Positions 9,095 through 18,823 are shown, numbered from the stretch's first letter. The stretch: DNA of 29,563 bases from a virus (IMGVR_UViG_3300043220_000103:1-29563); one strand, 5' to 3'. The notes: generated by a model not told the origin, from the sequence alone. A program made the numbers and translations.

Positions 9095-9706
9095 CTACGC
9101 CCGAATGACCGTGTCGCCGGCCCCGCCGGGTGCGGCAAGTCCGGAATCCCGGACGCACTCATCGGCCGCGCCGTAGTTTCGCCACTTGACTGTGGTCGGC
9201 CGCGAGCCCGAACCGAAGAAGCGGGTCTCTTCCTTCAGCGGCCCGAGTTCCTCCAGCTTACGGGAGATGATTCGGCCATCGTCTTCCTGTGGGTTCGTGT
9301 CGAACATGAGCGCGACGGCCTCATTGGTCAAGGAATCGATTGCGCGCACTGCGTAGAGGATCTGGCACTCGATGATCTTGTCGGGCACCGTGTCCGTGAC
9401 GTCGACGCCATCTGAGTCGTAGAGTATTCCGCCGTCGATGAACCTGGGGAAACACAGATCCTGGGGCGTCTCTTCGTCGGTGATGATCCCGCGCCAATCC
9501 CATCTACGGCAAAGGTAATCCGTCGCGATGATCAACGCGGCCACCCTGTTCGATTCGTCCGCGTCGATCCACGCCTGGAATGGTCCCGTCTGCCGAAGGT
9601 TCGCGTAGGCGTTCACTGTGGCGATGTCAGTGAAGGAGTTCGCGCCCGCGATGATGGTACCATCTTCGACGATTAGATGTGCGGATTCTGTTAGGCCGGT
9701 CGCCAT
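9095..9706 (-). CDS. Head-tail adaptor (often labelled DnaT-like)
   Basis: Motifs LIVEDGTIIAGANSF...AY, ALIIATDYL and Q.LCFPR. Confidence 0.8.
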   Translation of the reverse strand: MATGLTESAHLIVEDGTIIAGANSFTDIATVNAYANLRQTGPFQAWIDADESNRVAALIIATDYLCRRWDWRGIITDEETPQDLCFPRFIDGGILYDSDGVDVTDTVPDKIIECQILYAVRAIDSLTNEAVALMFDTNPQEDDGRIISRKLEELGPLKEETRFFGSGSRPTTVKWRNYGAADECVRDSGLAAPGGAGDTVIRA

Positions 9707-9715
9707 TCGTTCCCC

Positions 9716-10108
9716 TTACGGACCAGGCGCGATGTTCTCGCGCACGAGTTCAAATTTGCCATACATGACGGTGGTCGTCAGAGACGAGAGTACCATCTGA
9801 AGTTCGTGGTAGTACTCCTTCGGCGCCGTGAGCCCCACAGTATCCGCGCTAGCGAGAGCAATCGAAATCGTCCCATCCACCGCGGATACAATCGTGATTC
9901 CCGACCCAACAGTCTTCGCCGCAAACACGGGCGTCACGCCCTTTTTCGGCTGAGAAGGCGTGATGTTTAGATCTATCGCCGTGACCACCCACGTCATCGT
10001 AGCGCCCGCGATATTCACAGGGGTACCGGTCTCGTCTACAATCGTTCCAGTGATGTTGCGATCGTCACCGCGATGAATCTGTATGTCTACTTCGGTTCCG
10101 AGTGCCAC
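9716..10108 (-). CDS. BppU N-terminal-like immunoglobulin-fold virion protein
   Basis: Pattern I.RGDDR.I..TI.D..G.PVNIAGAT...G.I.I.L...DT..L....YYHELQ. Confidence 0.7.
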   Translation of the reverse strand: MALGTEVDIQIHRGDDRNITGTIVDETGTPVNIAGATMTWVVTAIDLNITPSQPKKGVTPVFAAKTVGSGITIVSAVDGTISIALASADTVGLTAPKEYYHELQMVLSSLTTTVMYGKFELVRENIAPGP

Positions 10109-10111
10109 GTA

Positions 10112-11614
10112 TCAAGACCCTCCGCGTTTCAAGTTGCCCGCCGCTACGGTCGTTCGGCGTGTCAGGTCGCCCGCCGCTACGGTCGTTCGGCGTGTCAGGT
10201 CACCCGCCGCTACGGCCATTCGGCGTGTCAAGTCTCCCGCCGTTACGATCGTTCGGCGTGTCAGGTTGTCCGCTGTTATAACCGTTCGGCGTGTCAGATC
10301 GCCCACATCAAGCGGCACCGGCAGCGGCAGTGCATGCCATTCGATGATGAGCTTGTACCCATCGTAAGTCGCATCCCCGGGCCCATAGGTGCGGAATACC
10401 ACATTGTTGGGCGCCGGGATATCAATCATGAAGCCGATCCACGTCTTGCCAAGCCCGGGACTGTAGTAATCTGAGTCCAACCAGTCTTGGACATTCTGCA
10501 CAAAGTCCGGGAACTCTTCATCGGCCGCCGCAGAGCCGTAGGTCTTCGGCTCGGGCCACACCCAAGGCCCGCACGCTCTCTTGGTCATCACTGACCCGAA
10601 GTAGCGCTGGTACGGGGTCATGAGTGGGGTTGTAAAATTGTTTTGATAGATGCAGGGCACTGAGCGTGAATTGAGATAGCCCACGATCGAATTCGCATTG
10701 GCAATATCGGTGTCGGGGTCGGCGTTCAGCCAGCTCCCTGCTGTGTCGAGGGGATAGGAGTTTTGCTGCAGGACGTTACGACGCCATAGCTGGTAGATCT
10801 GAGTACCAAACCACGTCGGATCGAAGATCTCGCCTTCAATCATCAGGCCAATCCAGCGCGAAGATCCTTGCGATGGGATAGCTGTCGCAAACGTAAAGTC
10901 AATATCCGACTGGGCCGGTTGGAGTGCAAGCGAACCATAAGCGACAGGCTCAGACGCAGCGATGAAGGAATCGAGTGCGTACTGCCTACCGTTGCTGCTC
11001 AGCTCGTATGCGAATACTTGTAAGGTCGGAGCGCCTGGCAATGGAGCGTCTAAGCGCCTCATAGGCACCCGAACGGTCTTGATGTCCTCTCCCGCCGGGA
11101 TCTCCACCGTGGTGCCAAGCCCTTGTAGGTACGTGACGCCGGTATTCGAAAGCCACCCACCACCTGTGGGGTCGACCATCGTGTCTGCTATCTCGGAATC
11201 TGCGCTGTTCCGCACCATGAAATCGAGCACGTCTGTTTGCGATGCGCCGTAGTAGAAAGCCGCGCCGTTGGCTTGATGGAGCGCATTCTGAGCGCTTCGG
11301 TCCCAGTGGCCATCGGAGGCCATCAGTGCAATAGCACGCTCATGGTTATCGTCGTCAACATCATCGAGATTATGCTGCGGAATAAATTCGATGTACGCCT
11401 CATCGACGATCGCATTCTTCGGAACCGATGGGCTTCCGGAGTCAGGATCAGTGAGGTCCCAGATGTGGTAGGTAGAGCGCCGCTCGTCCGGCCCGGGGAG
11501 CTTTGAGTTATCTCCTTCAAGAAGTATGGCACTACCCGCTGGCCCTGGGCTAGTTATGAGGCGCGGAGCCCAGTGGCTCTGGTTGAGACCCGAGCTGAAT
11601 GTGCTGATGCTCAT
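10112..11614 (-). CDS. Putative virion fibre/decoration protein with a DNRLRE-like beta-sandwich and C-terminal 11-aa repeats
   Basis: Start MSISTF overlaps the upstream stop (ATGA). WDLT...SVPKNAIVDEAYIEF and FVQNVQDWL...GFMI...YKLIIEW resemble the two halves of a DNRLRE-like domain. Confidence 0.6.
   Translation of the reverse strand: MSISTFSSGLNQSHWAPRLITSPGPAGSAILLEGDNSKLPGPDERRSTYHIWDLTDPDSGSPSVPKNAIVDEAYIEFIPQHNLDDVDDDNHERAIALMASDGHWDRSAQNALHQANGAAFYYGASQTDVLDFMVRNSADSEIADTMVDPTGGGWLSNTGVTYLQGLGTTVEIPAGEDIKTVRVPMRRLDAPLPGAPTLQVFAYELSSNGRQYALDSFIAASEPVAYGSLALQPAQSDIDFTFATAIPSQGSSRWIGLMIEGEIFDPTWFGTQIYQLWRRNVLQQNSYPLDTAGSWLNADPDTDIANANSIVGYLNSRSVPCIYQNNFTTPLMTPYQRYFGSVMTKRACGPWVWPEPKTYGSAAADEEFPDFVQNVQDWLDSDYYSPGLGKTWIGFMIDIPAPNNVVFRTYGPGDATYDGYKLIIEWHALPLPVPLDVGDLTRRTVITADNLTRRTIVTAGDLTRRMAVAAGDLTRRTTVAAGDLTRRTTVAAGNLKRGGS
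10129..10304 (-). repeat. 33-bp in-frame tandem repeat (5 units plus a partial one) encoding GDLTRRTTVAA
   Basis: Units start at 10129, 10162, 10195, 10228 and 10261; + strand consensus tcaggtcgcccgccgctacggtcgttcggcgtg. Confidence 0.95.
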
Positions 11615-12252
11615 CGGCGGATGGCTCGGAGCGGGAAGCGGTACTCCGGGGTCTCGCCCCACTCCACGTAGCTTCCGAGGTCGCGCACGTATCTGCCGAA
11701 GGGGAGATCACTGCGCCAACGGTTGCGGATGTCTTGGATCGGGAAGTCGAGCACTTTCATTTGCATCGAAATAATCGTCCCGTCCTTTTGTCGTGCATCG
11801 TGACGATTATCGAGCAGCCAGCGGAGCAGACCCATACCGAGCCCTGCGGGCCGAGTCAATACGGTGCAGTAGGCGCGGTAGTCCACATTGTCACCGACAC
11901 GATCAATCAACTTCACTGCATGAAACAGGGCTCCGCCAACTGGCTTCTTGTCTTGGTAGGCAAGCATGACGAAGTTCTCTTGCGTGACGCGATCACGAGG
12001 CTTACGTGCGCCTTCGCGCTTGATCAGGAACTCGCTGTGTCCCTCTCGCCCACCCGCCTTGCGATAGCGATCGTAGATCTCGTCACGGATACCGCAACCT
12101 GGATCCTCGCCGATCTTCTCGGCCACGAGATCATGGTAGAAGTTGGAAATCTTGCGAAAGACGTGACGTCCCTCGCGAGTCTTATCCTCACTCATGCTGC
12201 GATCATCGCGGAAGGACAGCGATCCGATGCGAATCGGGAGAAGGTAGGGCAT
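11611..12252 (-). CDS. Hypothetical protein, possibly GNAT-fold
   Basis: Coupled to both neighbours (TGATG, ATGA). FVMLAYQDKKPVGG...TRPAGLGMGLLRWLLD resembles GNAT motif A. Confidence 0.55.
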   Translation of the reverse strand: MPYLLPIRIGSLSFRDDRSMSEDKTREGRHVFRKISNFYHDLVAEKIGEDPGCGIRDEIYDRYRKAGGREGHSEFLIKREGARKPRDRVTQENFVMLAYQDKKPVGGALFHAVKLIDRVGDNVDYRAYCTVLTRPAGLGMGLLRWLLDNRHDARQKDGTIISMQMKVLDFPIQDIRNRWRSDLPFGRYVRDLGSYVEWGETPEYRFPLRAIRR

Positions 12253-12803
12253 CAGAAAATCGCCGGAAGCGCGCCGAGCACAACTTCCATGGGCACGAGC
12301 GCAGCATTGGCATTAAGCAGATGATCGAGATACCCCCAAGTTGAAGTATCGTTATCCCATGCCCCTGGAGTGAAAGCAGCATCTATGATCAATCGACCAT
12401 TCACCCAGGCTTTGACCTGCCCCGCCGTGTCAACACCTACCGTGATCGTCCGGGGCTGCGCCACGTCGTCGATCTCTACGGTTCCTGTTCCCAACCCAGG
12501 AAGAGTAATCGCAAGAGTACTGCCCAACTGACTGAAACTTACAAATAGCACGGAGTTTGAGAAAGCGAGTCCTGTTTCAGCGTCACGAACTCCAAATATC
12601 AGAGTCACATTGTCGGCGGCTTGCGCCGCGGTCACTGGATTCGAGATAGCTAGGTCGCTTTCAAAACTCAAGTCAGCCGCGGGCGACCCCACCCGGAACA
12701 TTCGCTTGCGCCTTCGCTCTTGGCGAATGCGAAGACGAGCTTGCTCTCCGCTCATCCGGCCGCTAGCGGGCTTCAGATCTCCAGGTGGGGTAACGTTGGG
12801 CAC
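12252..12803 (-). CDS. Putative virion structural/decoration protein (LamG-like fragment)
   Basis: GTG start directly after the upstream TAA. Arg-rich N-terminus and a beta-rich ITVGVD..GQVKAWVNG segment. Confidence 0.55.
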   Translation of the reverse strand: MPNVTPPGDLKPASGRMSGEQARLRIRQERRRKRMFRVGSPAADLSFESDLAISNPVTAAQAADNVTLIFGVRDAETGLAFSNSVLFVSFSQLGSTLAITLPGLGTGTVEIDDVAQPRTITVGVDTAGQVKAWVNGRLIIDAAFTPGAWDNDTSTWGYLDHLLNANAALVPMEVVLGALPAIF

Positions 12804-13346
12804 TTACTTCTGCGCTCCTTGGTTTGGGAACATCGGGTCGCGCTTGGTCCGCGGTCGCAGGTTCATCGTGTCCGCGAGGCGATCGAGCCCTTCGATGACT
12901 CGATTGCGGCGGGCGCCTTCCGTGCGCGTGATGCGCCGCTGAATCTCATTCAGCTCGTGGAGAGACAACGACGCGTTGACTTTGGGCTGCCACTCCGCGT
13001 AGAACTTGCGACGTGACTCATTCAGCTTCGCCAAGACCTCCTTGACCTCGCCAATCTTTTTGTCCCTCTCGAGGAGTTGGGCCTGGAACTGGCCGTTGTC
13101 CATCACCTCGGGCTCGGGCTCGGGCTCGGGCTCGAGCGCGGGCGCGGGCGCGGGATCCTCGCCCTGCATGTTACCGGTCGCCTTGGCCAGCGCAACCATG
13201 CCTGTGGCAGGCACATCGGGCGAAAACGTCTCTGTGCTTGCCTCGACCCCGTCGGTCGCTTCGGGGGCCTCTTCCACTTTGACTTCCGGCGCTTCGTCGG
13301 TCATCGCTGTGGTCACTTCGTCATCGAAAGGGGTGTCTTCTGCCAT
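12804..13346 (-). CDS. Hypothetical protein (acidic disordered N-terminus, coiled-coil C-terminus)
   Basis: GGAG RBS; first gene after the capsid terminator; contains PAPAP/EPEPEP low-complexity sequence. Confidence 0.75.
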   Translation of the reverse strand: MAEDTPFDDEVTTAMTDEAPEVKVEEAPEATDGVEASTETFSPDVPATGMVALAKATGNMQGEDPAPAPALEPEPEPEPEVMDNGQFQAQLLERDKKIGEVKEVLAKLNESRRKFYAEWQPKVNASLSLHELNEIQRRITRTEGARRNRVIEGLDRLADTMNLRPRTKRDPMFPNQGAQK

Positions 13347-13402
13347 GGGTCACTCCATTCTCGCCGTCACCCGGCGAGGGGCTTGTTGGTTGATGGTGCG
13401 GG

Positions 13403-13439
13403 AAAGGGGGCCGGTCCGCAAATCGCGCAACCGGCCCCC
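13403..13439 (-). terminator. Hairpin/weak terminator after the major capsid gene
   Basis: GGGGGCCGGT...ACCGGCCCCC followed by TTT. Confidence 0.6.
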
Positions 13440-13464
13440 GGACTTTCTTGCGTCACTCTGACTT

Positions 13465-14475
13465 CTAGCCGTTCGTGACCAGCTCCGCGATCTGGATCTG
13501 CTTCCGGGTCGTGTACCGGCGGTCCCAGTTCACGGCGTCCTGCATCTCCGCGATGGTCGGCGACTTGCCGGCCTGGCTCACGCCCAGCCACGCGAATCCG
13601 CGCGGATGGATTGCCAGCTCGACGCGGGAGTGCAGGGTTTCCTGACCTCCACCGTCTCCCTGGGCCTCGATGCGTTCCACTGCGGTGGGGACGCGAGGCG
13701 ACCCGACTCCGCTGGCGAAAGCCCCGAGTCCGAACAGGAACGAGCTGTAGTCCACGTTCCCCGTGTTGGCGACCGCGGGGAGAGCGTCGTCCACGATCAC
13801 GCGACGGCCGAGGAACACCGGGATGTTGACTTCGCCGCGGGCATCCGGGATGAAGTCGATCAGGTTGTTCTTCTGCATGCGTGTGTAGACCACGGAATGC
13901 ACTGCGAGTGCCACGAGGTTCTCCGAGTTCTCACCCATCGTCTGGGCAGCGTCGAGGAAAGCCTCGGCCGAGAACAAGTTCACCGCGGTGGGCGAGCCTC
14001 CGGCCGCGAGCGCGACGTCGTTCCGCATGTCTCCCGAATCGTTCGCGAGGTTGTCCGCGATGAGACCCTGAACCGACGCGATCAGATATCGGTTCCACTG
14101 ACGAAACCAGTAGTCCGACACGCGCGAGGCGATCGATTCCATGGGGTCCGAGCCGGCGAGTGCCTGCGCGAGATCCATGGTGGACCAGCTCTGGTTGCGG
14201 CTGTGCCGCTGCGCGATCTCGCGTCCCGACGTGGTCTTGAGTGCCGTGGCCGGGCTTGCGGGATTGTCGGACGAAATGTTCGCCTCGGTGTCGTCCAGAT
14301 CCTTCCAGTGAGGGACCTGAATCGTCTCGCCGCCTCCGGCGAGGAAGTTGTCGAGCAACTCCGAAGGCACCATCGCACCGCTCTGGACGAACTGCGACTT
14401 CTGTGCAGTCAAGAGCTGAACGTATCCGGTGAAGACCTCGGGCTCGACGACATCGGTTAGTCGTGTTTCTGCCAT
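13465..14475 (-). CDS. Major capsid protein (SPP1 gp13-like)
   Basis: MAETRLTDVVEPEVF..., GGGETIQVPHWKDL, LAGSDPM..IASRVSDYW, HSVVYTRM and GRRVIVDD. Confidence 0.93.
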   Translation of the reverse strand: MAETRLTDVVEPEVFTGYVQLLTAQKSQFVQSGAMVPSELLDNFLAGGGETIQVPHWKDLDDTEANISSDNPASPATALKTTSGREIAQRHSRNQSWSTMDLAQALAGSDPMESIASRVSDYWFRQWNRYLIASVQGLIADNLANDSGDMRNDVALAAGGSPTAVNLFSAEAFLDAAQTMGENSENLVALAVHSVVYTRMQKNNLIDFIPDARGEVNIPVFLGRRVIVDDALPAVANTGNVDYSSFLFGLGAFASGVGSPRVPTAVERIEAQGDGGGQETLHSRVELAIHPRGFAWLGVSQAGKSPTIAEMQDAVNWDRRYTTRKQIQIAELVTNG

Positions 14476-14589
14476 TGTACTTACCTTTCATTCTTGGGTT
14501 GATGTTGAGTTTCTCTTGCAGGAACTCCTGTCATCAGGACTTCCGAGGTCTCCGCTTCTTGGCCGCGCATTACGGCGTCTGCGGGTGAT

Positions 14590-15459
14590 CTACTTCTTGG
14601 ACATGTGCGGGAAGAACTGCTCAGCTTTCTTCCCTGCAGCCACGAAGAGTCGCCCGGCGCGAACCGGATCTGACTTCACGAGCTGCCCTGCCTTGGTCAT
14701 GTTGTTCGGTCGACCAGTTTCCTTGTTGATCGCGAACGGATTCTCTCCGCCCTGCATATCGCCGCCCTTACCGCCCGATGCGCCAGCACCCTTCGTGGCG
14801 CCGAACCAGTAAGAACGATTTCCCGATTCTTTCATGTCGAGGAAGACCTGTTCTGGCGTCAGCCCTTGGGAGACCCCAGGCAGACCTTCGCGGCTCACGG
14901 TTTCTCCGTCGACGATTTCGAACACACGGGCGGCCCAATCTGCGATGTCGCCACTCGACAGCACTTCCTTCTCGACCAAAACGTCCTTCGATTGCGCAGC
15001 GCGCTCGACTGCCGCGACGACCGAACCTCGAGTCCGCTCTGCGGCCAAAGTATTTCGCTCGCCTGTGATCTCTTCGAGCTGCTTCGTCACCTTCGCGAGA
15101 GTACGCTCGATGGGCCGGATGCGTGCGACCGATCGCGTCTCGACCAACTTATCGAGATCCTCGTCGTTCGGCCCGCCTTCTCGCTTCAGACCTTCGATCT
15201 GCGTAGTGAGATCTTCGACCTGAGTCTCCATCTCTTCGATCGTCTCGGGGGTACGCTCGCCGAAGCCGCCTAGCTTCGTCTTGTATCCGGATGCCACGAT
15301 GCGCTCCTTGCGCAACGCTTCTTGCACGCGCTCGACGTCCGCCGATGTCCGCATGCCTTCGATACCCGTAATTTCGAACTTGCCATCTCGCTCGGTGTAG
15401 AGGCTATGAAACGCCTCGTCTACTCCGTCAAGATTCTCCACCACCGCGGTCAAACTCAT
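14590..15459 (-). CDS. Capsid scaffolding protein
   Basis: Start MSLTAVVENLDGVDEAFHSLYTE (GGAG upstream), coiled coil, C-terminal G.GASGGKGG...NPF; lies between portal and capsid genes. Confidence 0.8.
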   Translation of the reverse strand: MSLTAVVENLDGVDEAFHSLYTERDGKFEITGIEGMRTSADVERVQEALRKERIVASGYKTKLGGFGERTPETIEEMETQVEDLTTQIEGLKREGGPNDEDLDKLVETRSVARIRPIERTLAKVTKQLEEITGERNTLAAERTRGSVVAAVERAAQSKDVLVEKEVLSSGDIADWAARVFEIVDGETVSREGLPGVSQGLTPEQVFLDMKESGNRSYWFGATKGAGASGGKGGDMQGGENPFAINKETGRPNNMTKAGQLVKSDPVRAGRLFVAAGKKAEQFFPHMSKK

Positions 15460-16981
15460 CTTCGTCATTCTCCATGGAATCGCCAGTCGGATCATCCGAA
15501 GGCGTGGAAGGGTCATTGCCCGAACCAGCGGGCTCTAGGTTTCCTTCTTCTTCAAGCAGCGCAAGCTCTTCTTCGAAAGTCAGGCGCGTGAAATTACGAT
15601 CTTGCAGCCACTTGTGCAATGATTTGTCGGACAACTTGATCTTTCGGCCGGTCGCTTCCGCGAGCGCCTTGAGCTGCGAAGCATCAACCGTATCCTGGGT
15701 GAAGTCCAAGTTGGGCGTGACGGTGACTTCGTCGGGATTCGCACCGATCCAAACAGCACACATCTTCAGGATCTTTTCCAGACCCTTTGCACCAGTTAGC
15801 GCTATCGACTGTAGCGTAGCAGTCTGCGCGGAAACGCGCGTACGGAGCGCTTCACCTGATTCGGCTTGGCCCCGACGAGCTTCCAGCAACCGCGGACCCA
15901 TTGATTGCGCCCGGGACTTGTCAGACTCCAGGGAGGTTCGCATCTCCGGGATGCCTTCCGAGTCGATGCCGATGAACTTGGCGTCACCTTCCTCATCGAC
16001 GCGGATGACCGCCCCGGCCCCCACACGAGTATCTTCGTTCTCGTCCTTGGCCTGACCGTCCTTGCCGACCTCTTGGCCCTTGATGACGAGAGTGTCCTGG
16101 CCTAGGATGTGGAGCGCCTGCTCCAAGTCGGCGCTCTTGCGATAGATCGCGAGCGACAAGTTCGCGAGCCCGAGCAGCGGGATCTCGTTCGGCGAGTAGT
16201 CGAGGTCATCCGACCCAATGAACACGAACGGAATGAAATCGAGCGTCGCGCCGCGGAACTGCGGCAGGATCTCTTCGCTCGTCACCTCGTTATTCTTCGT
16301 GAACGTCGAGTACACAAGCGGGTTGGATGTGCTGAGGGGAAGCTCCGGATTTTCGGGCATTAGTTGAGCGACACGGAACTGACGCTCTTCAACCCAGTCG
16401 AACTGCTCGACGCCGTCCTTGCCGCGTACCTGGACCGTCTCATTCATGACCAAGAACGATAGCTCTGCCTTCGAGAAATCAGTGAGGCGTTCGTCGTCCC
16501 AGTTGATGATCGTCTCGGCTTCATACTCGACGAGATGCGGTACCTGCGCCCGGCCGGCGAAGAACGGATCCTGGGGAAAATCCGCCAGCAATCCAAACCG
16601 ACCGAACTTCAGCTGGTTCTCGTTGATCTTCCGCAGAAGCATATTGATGTCGAGCCCCTGGCGAGTCGCGGCCTCCCGCATGGGCTCCAGGGCTGCCGGG
16701 AGTTTGATGACTGCTTCTTCTTTGTGCATGACCGAAACGAGGAGATTGATCGCTTCGCTTATGAACTCCGGGAACTGCGCCCGCGCCAGGTACGCATTGT
16801 AGCTGACGGCGCCGACGCCCGATGCGCTTTTGAGCGCGCCATCTTGGATCTGTCCCGCGGTGGCTGGCAGATATGCCGTGCCTGCACCCTTTACCGTGCG
16901 CTCCCCGTTGAACGTATCACGCATCACCCGGTAGTCGTCCGCGATCTCTATGAACTCGGGGTGCTTCGATTCGATACTCAC
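15428..16981 (-). CDS. Portal protein (DUF4055-type)
   Basis: 517 aa after TerL. Motifs VK.AG..YLP, Y.AYL.RA.F, GRFGLLADFP, AE.IINW, PLL.LANL.LA.YRKSAD and ESGEALR. Confidence 0.9.
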   Translation of the reverse strand: MSIESKHPEFIEIADDYRVMRDTFNGERTVKGAGTAYLPATAGQIQDGALKSASGVGAVSYNAYLARAQFPEFISEAINLLVSVMHKEEAVIKLPAALEPMREAATRQGLDINMLLRKINENQLKFGRFGLLADFPQDPFFAGRAQVPHLVEYEAETIINWDDERLTDFSKAELSFLVMNETVQVRGKDGVEQFDWVEERQFRVAQLMPENPELPLSTSNPLVYSTFTKNNEVTSEEILPQFRGATLDFIPFVFIGSDDLDYSPNEIPLLGLANLSLAIYRKSADLEQALHILGQDTLVIKGQEVGKDGQAKDENEDTRVGAGAVIRVDEEGDAKFIGIDSEGIPEMRTSLESDKSRAQSMGPRLLEARRGQAESGEALRTRVSAQTATLQSIALTGAKGLEKILKMCAVWIGANPDEVTVTPNLDFTQDTVDASQLKALAEATGRKIKLSDKSLHKWLQDRNFTRLTFEEELALLEEEGNLEPAGSGNDPSTPSDDPTGDSMENDEDEFDRGGGES

Positions 16982-16993
16982 TCAGCTCCCCCG

Positions 16994-18628
16994 TTACACC
17001 ATTCCGGTCGTTCGATCGGAACCGCCGCGCCTTGGTGGCGGAGCGAGTGCAAGTATCGCGGCTTCGGCGTGATCAGGAGAATCGACGCCGCGCGATTTCA
17101 GTTTCTTCTTCGCTTCGACCTGCATCTTCCCGGTCTCGAGCCTGATGTACAGCGGCTGCGAGAGCTGCGACGTCAACTTGTGGTCGTCGGGCAGAAGGAT
17201 CATGTCTTCGAGTTTGTGGAGCTGGCCGCTCTTCCCGTTCGTCGAGATGAACATCCAATACTGATGCGCGGCCTCGAGGAGACTCCGCATCGTCCACCAC
17301 AATTCGCCCTTCAGGTTCGTGAACTTCTTCCGAGAGTTCTTCCCGTCAGGCCACTTCTTGCGAGTCGGCTTGGTCCCTACGTTGATGCCCTTCGTCACGA
17401 AGTCCATACGTCGGAATGCAGCCAAGACCCCCTTGCCAACTCCCACGGAGTCGTAGAGGATCATGTCGCACTTCAGCTTACGGGCTGCCTCTTCTGCTGC
17501 GCCCGCGATATTGATCGTGTCGTCATCGTCCCACTCGATCGAGCGGCCCATGACCGCGCCCCACTTCGGCACGAGGACGGAGAGGCCTGTTCCGCCACCA
17601 CCGACATCGAGCCCCGCCACGCCAGCATGCGGCTCTGGTAGGAGGCCTGCATTCTTCAGGTACTTGTGTAGCTGAACGGACGATCTGACCCACGATGCCG
17701 GGCAGATGATGTTCGAGCCCGTGCCCTCGTAATCGAGATCGACTTCGCGTGCCAGTACTTCCGGCTCGAGCGACGCCTTCTTTCTGGCGTACCACTTCGG
17801 GCCCTTGCGCGGATCGTCTTGCCATGCCAATGTGAACACCAGCACGCGTCCACCGAAACGGCGCTTCGACCACCAATCTCCCGGAAGGTTGGGCGTTGAG
17901 ACCCAGATGCGTGTGTTCGTGTTTTCTGACAGCGCGCTATCGACTTTCTCGGGCTTCTCCAAGAAAGCGGCCTCGTCTATGAACGCGATGGATGACCGAC
18001 CACCACGACCGACTTGGTTGCCCGCCTCGCCGACGATTGCCGAACCGTTCTCCGGGTTCGACAGGCGCATATGATTGTCGTGCTTCCGCTCATCGTATCC
18101 GATGGGCAGCAATTCGTCTGGCAGCATTCTGAGGATGATGCGCAGCTTCTCGAACAGAGAGTCGGGGTTGCCCAACTCGTCGACGAGGTCTTCCTTGCGC
18201 GACCCGAACAAGACAACCGTGCCTGAGTGAAACGTCCACATCCACCACGCAATAGCCAGGCACACCCACGACGCGCCGCCATCGCGCGACTTCTCGAGCA
18301 GGCCCTCTTCCTTGTTGTGGTACCGCTCGATGATCCACTCGACGAATTCGCGCTGCTTGTCGAACATCGTGAACGGCATGTACGGCGCTTCGCCGTCAGA
18401 CGTCTTGCGCGGATCGTACGTGGTTACCCAGTCCTCGATCGCCTCAATTGGGTGCGTCTTGTAGTACTCAAAAGCAAGTTCCCAACCGCCCTGCCCTGCA
18501 GCGCGAATCGTGTCAAGACGATCGCTGCGCTGCTGGAAGATCACATTGTAGTTGGGGCGCTTCCAGTTCTTTACGCGTTTGCGCGGAGCGTGTAGGACAT
18601 CCCACACCGCATCCAATTCGACAGACAC
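16994..18628 (-). CDS. terL: Terminase large subunit
   Basis: Walker A variant EKSRDGGASW, Walker B FIDEAAF, motif III VSTPN, nuclease motifs GLDVGGGG, YDSVGVG and SPDHAEA. Confidence 0.95.
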   Translation of the reverse strand: MSVELDAVWDVLHAPRKRVKNWKRPNYNVIFQQRSDRLDTIRAAGQGGWELAFEYYKTHPIEAIEDWVTTYDPRKTSDGEAPYMPFTMFDKQREFVEWIIERYHNKEEGLLEKSRDGGASWVCLAIAWWMWTFHSGTVVLFGSRKEDLVDELGNPDSLFEKLRIILRMLPDELLPIGYDERKHDNHMRLSNPENGSAIVGEAGNQVGRGGRSSIAFIDEAAFLEKPEKVDSALSENTNTRIWVSTPNLPGDWWSKRRFGGRVLVFTLAWQDDPRKGPKWYARKKASLEPEVLAREVDLDYEGTGSNIICPASWVRSSVQLHKYLKNAGLLPEPHAGVAGLDVGGGGTGLSVLVPKWGAVMGRSIEWDDDDTINIAGAAEEAARKLKCDMILYDSVGVGKGVLAAFRRMDFVTKGINVGTKPTRKKWPDGKNSRKKFTNLKGELWWTMRSLLEAAHQYWMFISTNGKSGQLHKLEDMILLPDDHKLTSQLSQPLYIRLETGKMQVEAKKKLKSRGVDSPDHAEAAILALAPPPRRGGSDRTTGMV

Positions 18629-18631
18629 GAA

Positions 18632-18823
18632 CTACTTCTTCTCGACCTGCGTCCATTTCGCGCGCTCCCGGACATCTTTCCATTCGCGCTCGAGAACTTG
18701 CCCGCGATATTTTGCGGGGACACGCTTGAGTGTATCCGTGAAACTCAGGACTCCGCCGTCAGTCGTCCAGACGTAGAATGAACTTAGCACGGAGATCATC
18801 ACGCACGTCATCATCTTTTTCAT
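18632..18823 (-). CDS. Small secreted DUF4124-like protein
   Basis: Hydrophobic N-terminus followed by FYVWTTDGGVLSFTD..RVPAKYR. Confidence 0.65.
   Translation of the reverse strand: MKKMMTCVMISVLSSFYVWTTDGGVLSFTDTLKRVPAKYRGQVLEREWKDVRERAKWTQVEKK

Noticed and set aside
10129-10304. 33-bp repeats as a CRISPR array
   Set aside because: The units are contiguous with no unique spacers and are in-frame coding.
14505-14545. Possible hammerhead ribozyme (CTGATGA...GAAAC on the minus strand)
   Set aside because: Stem II is not directly followed by GAAA (extra CAAGA intervenes), and no convincing stem I/III with a UH cleavage site was found.
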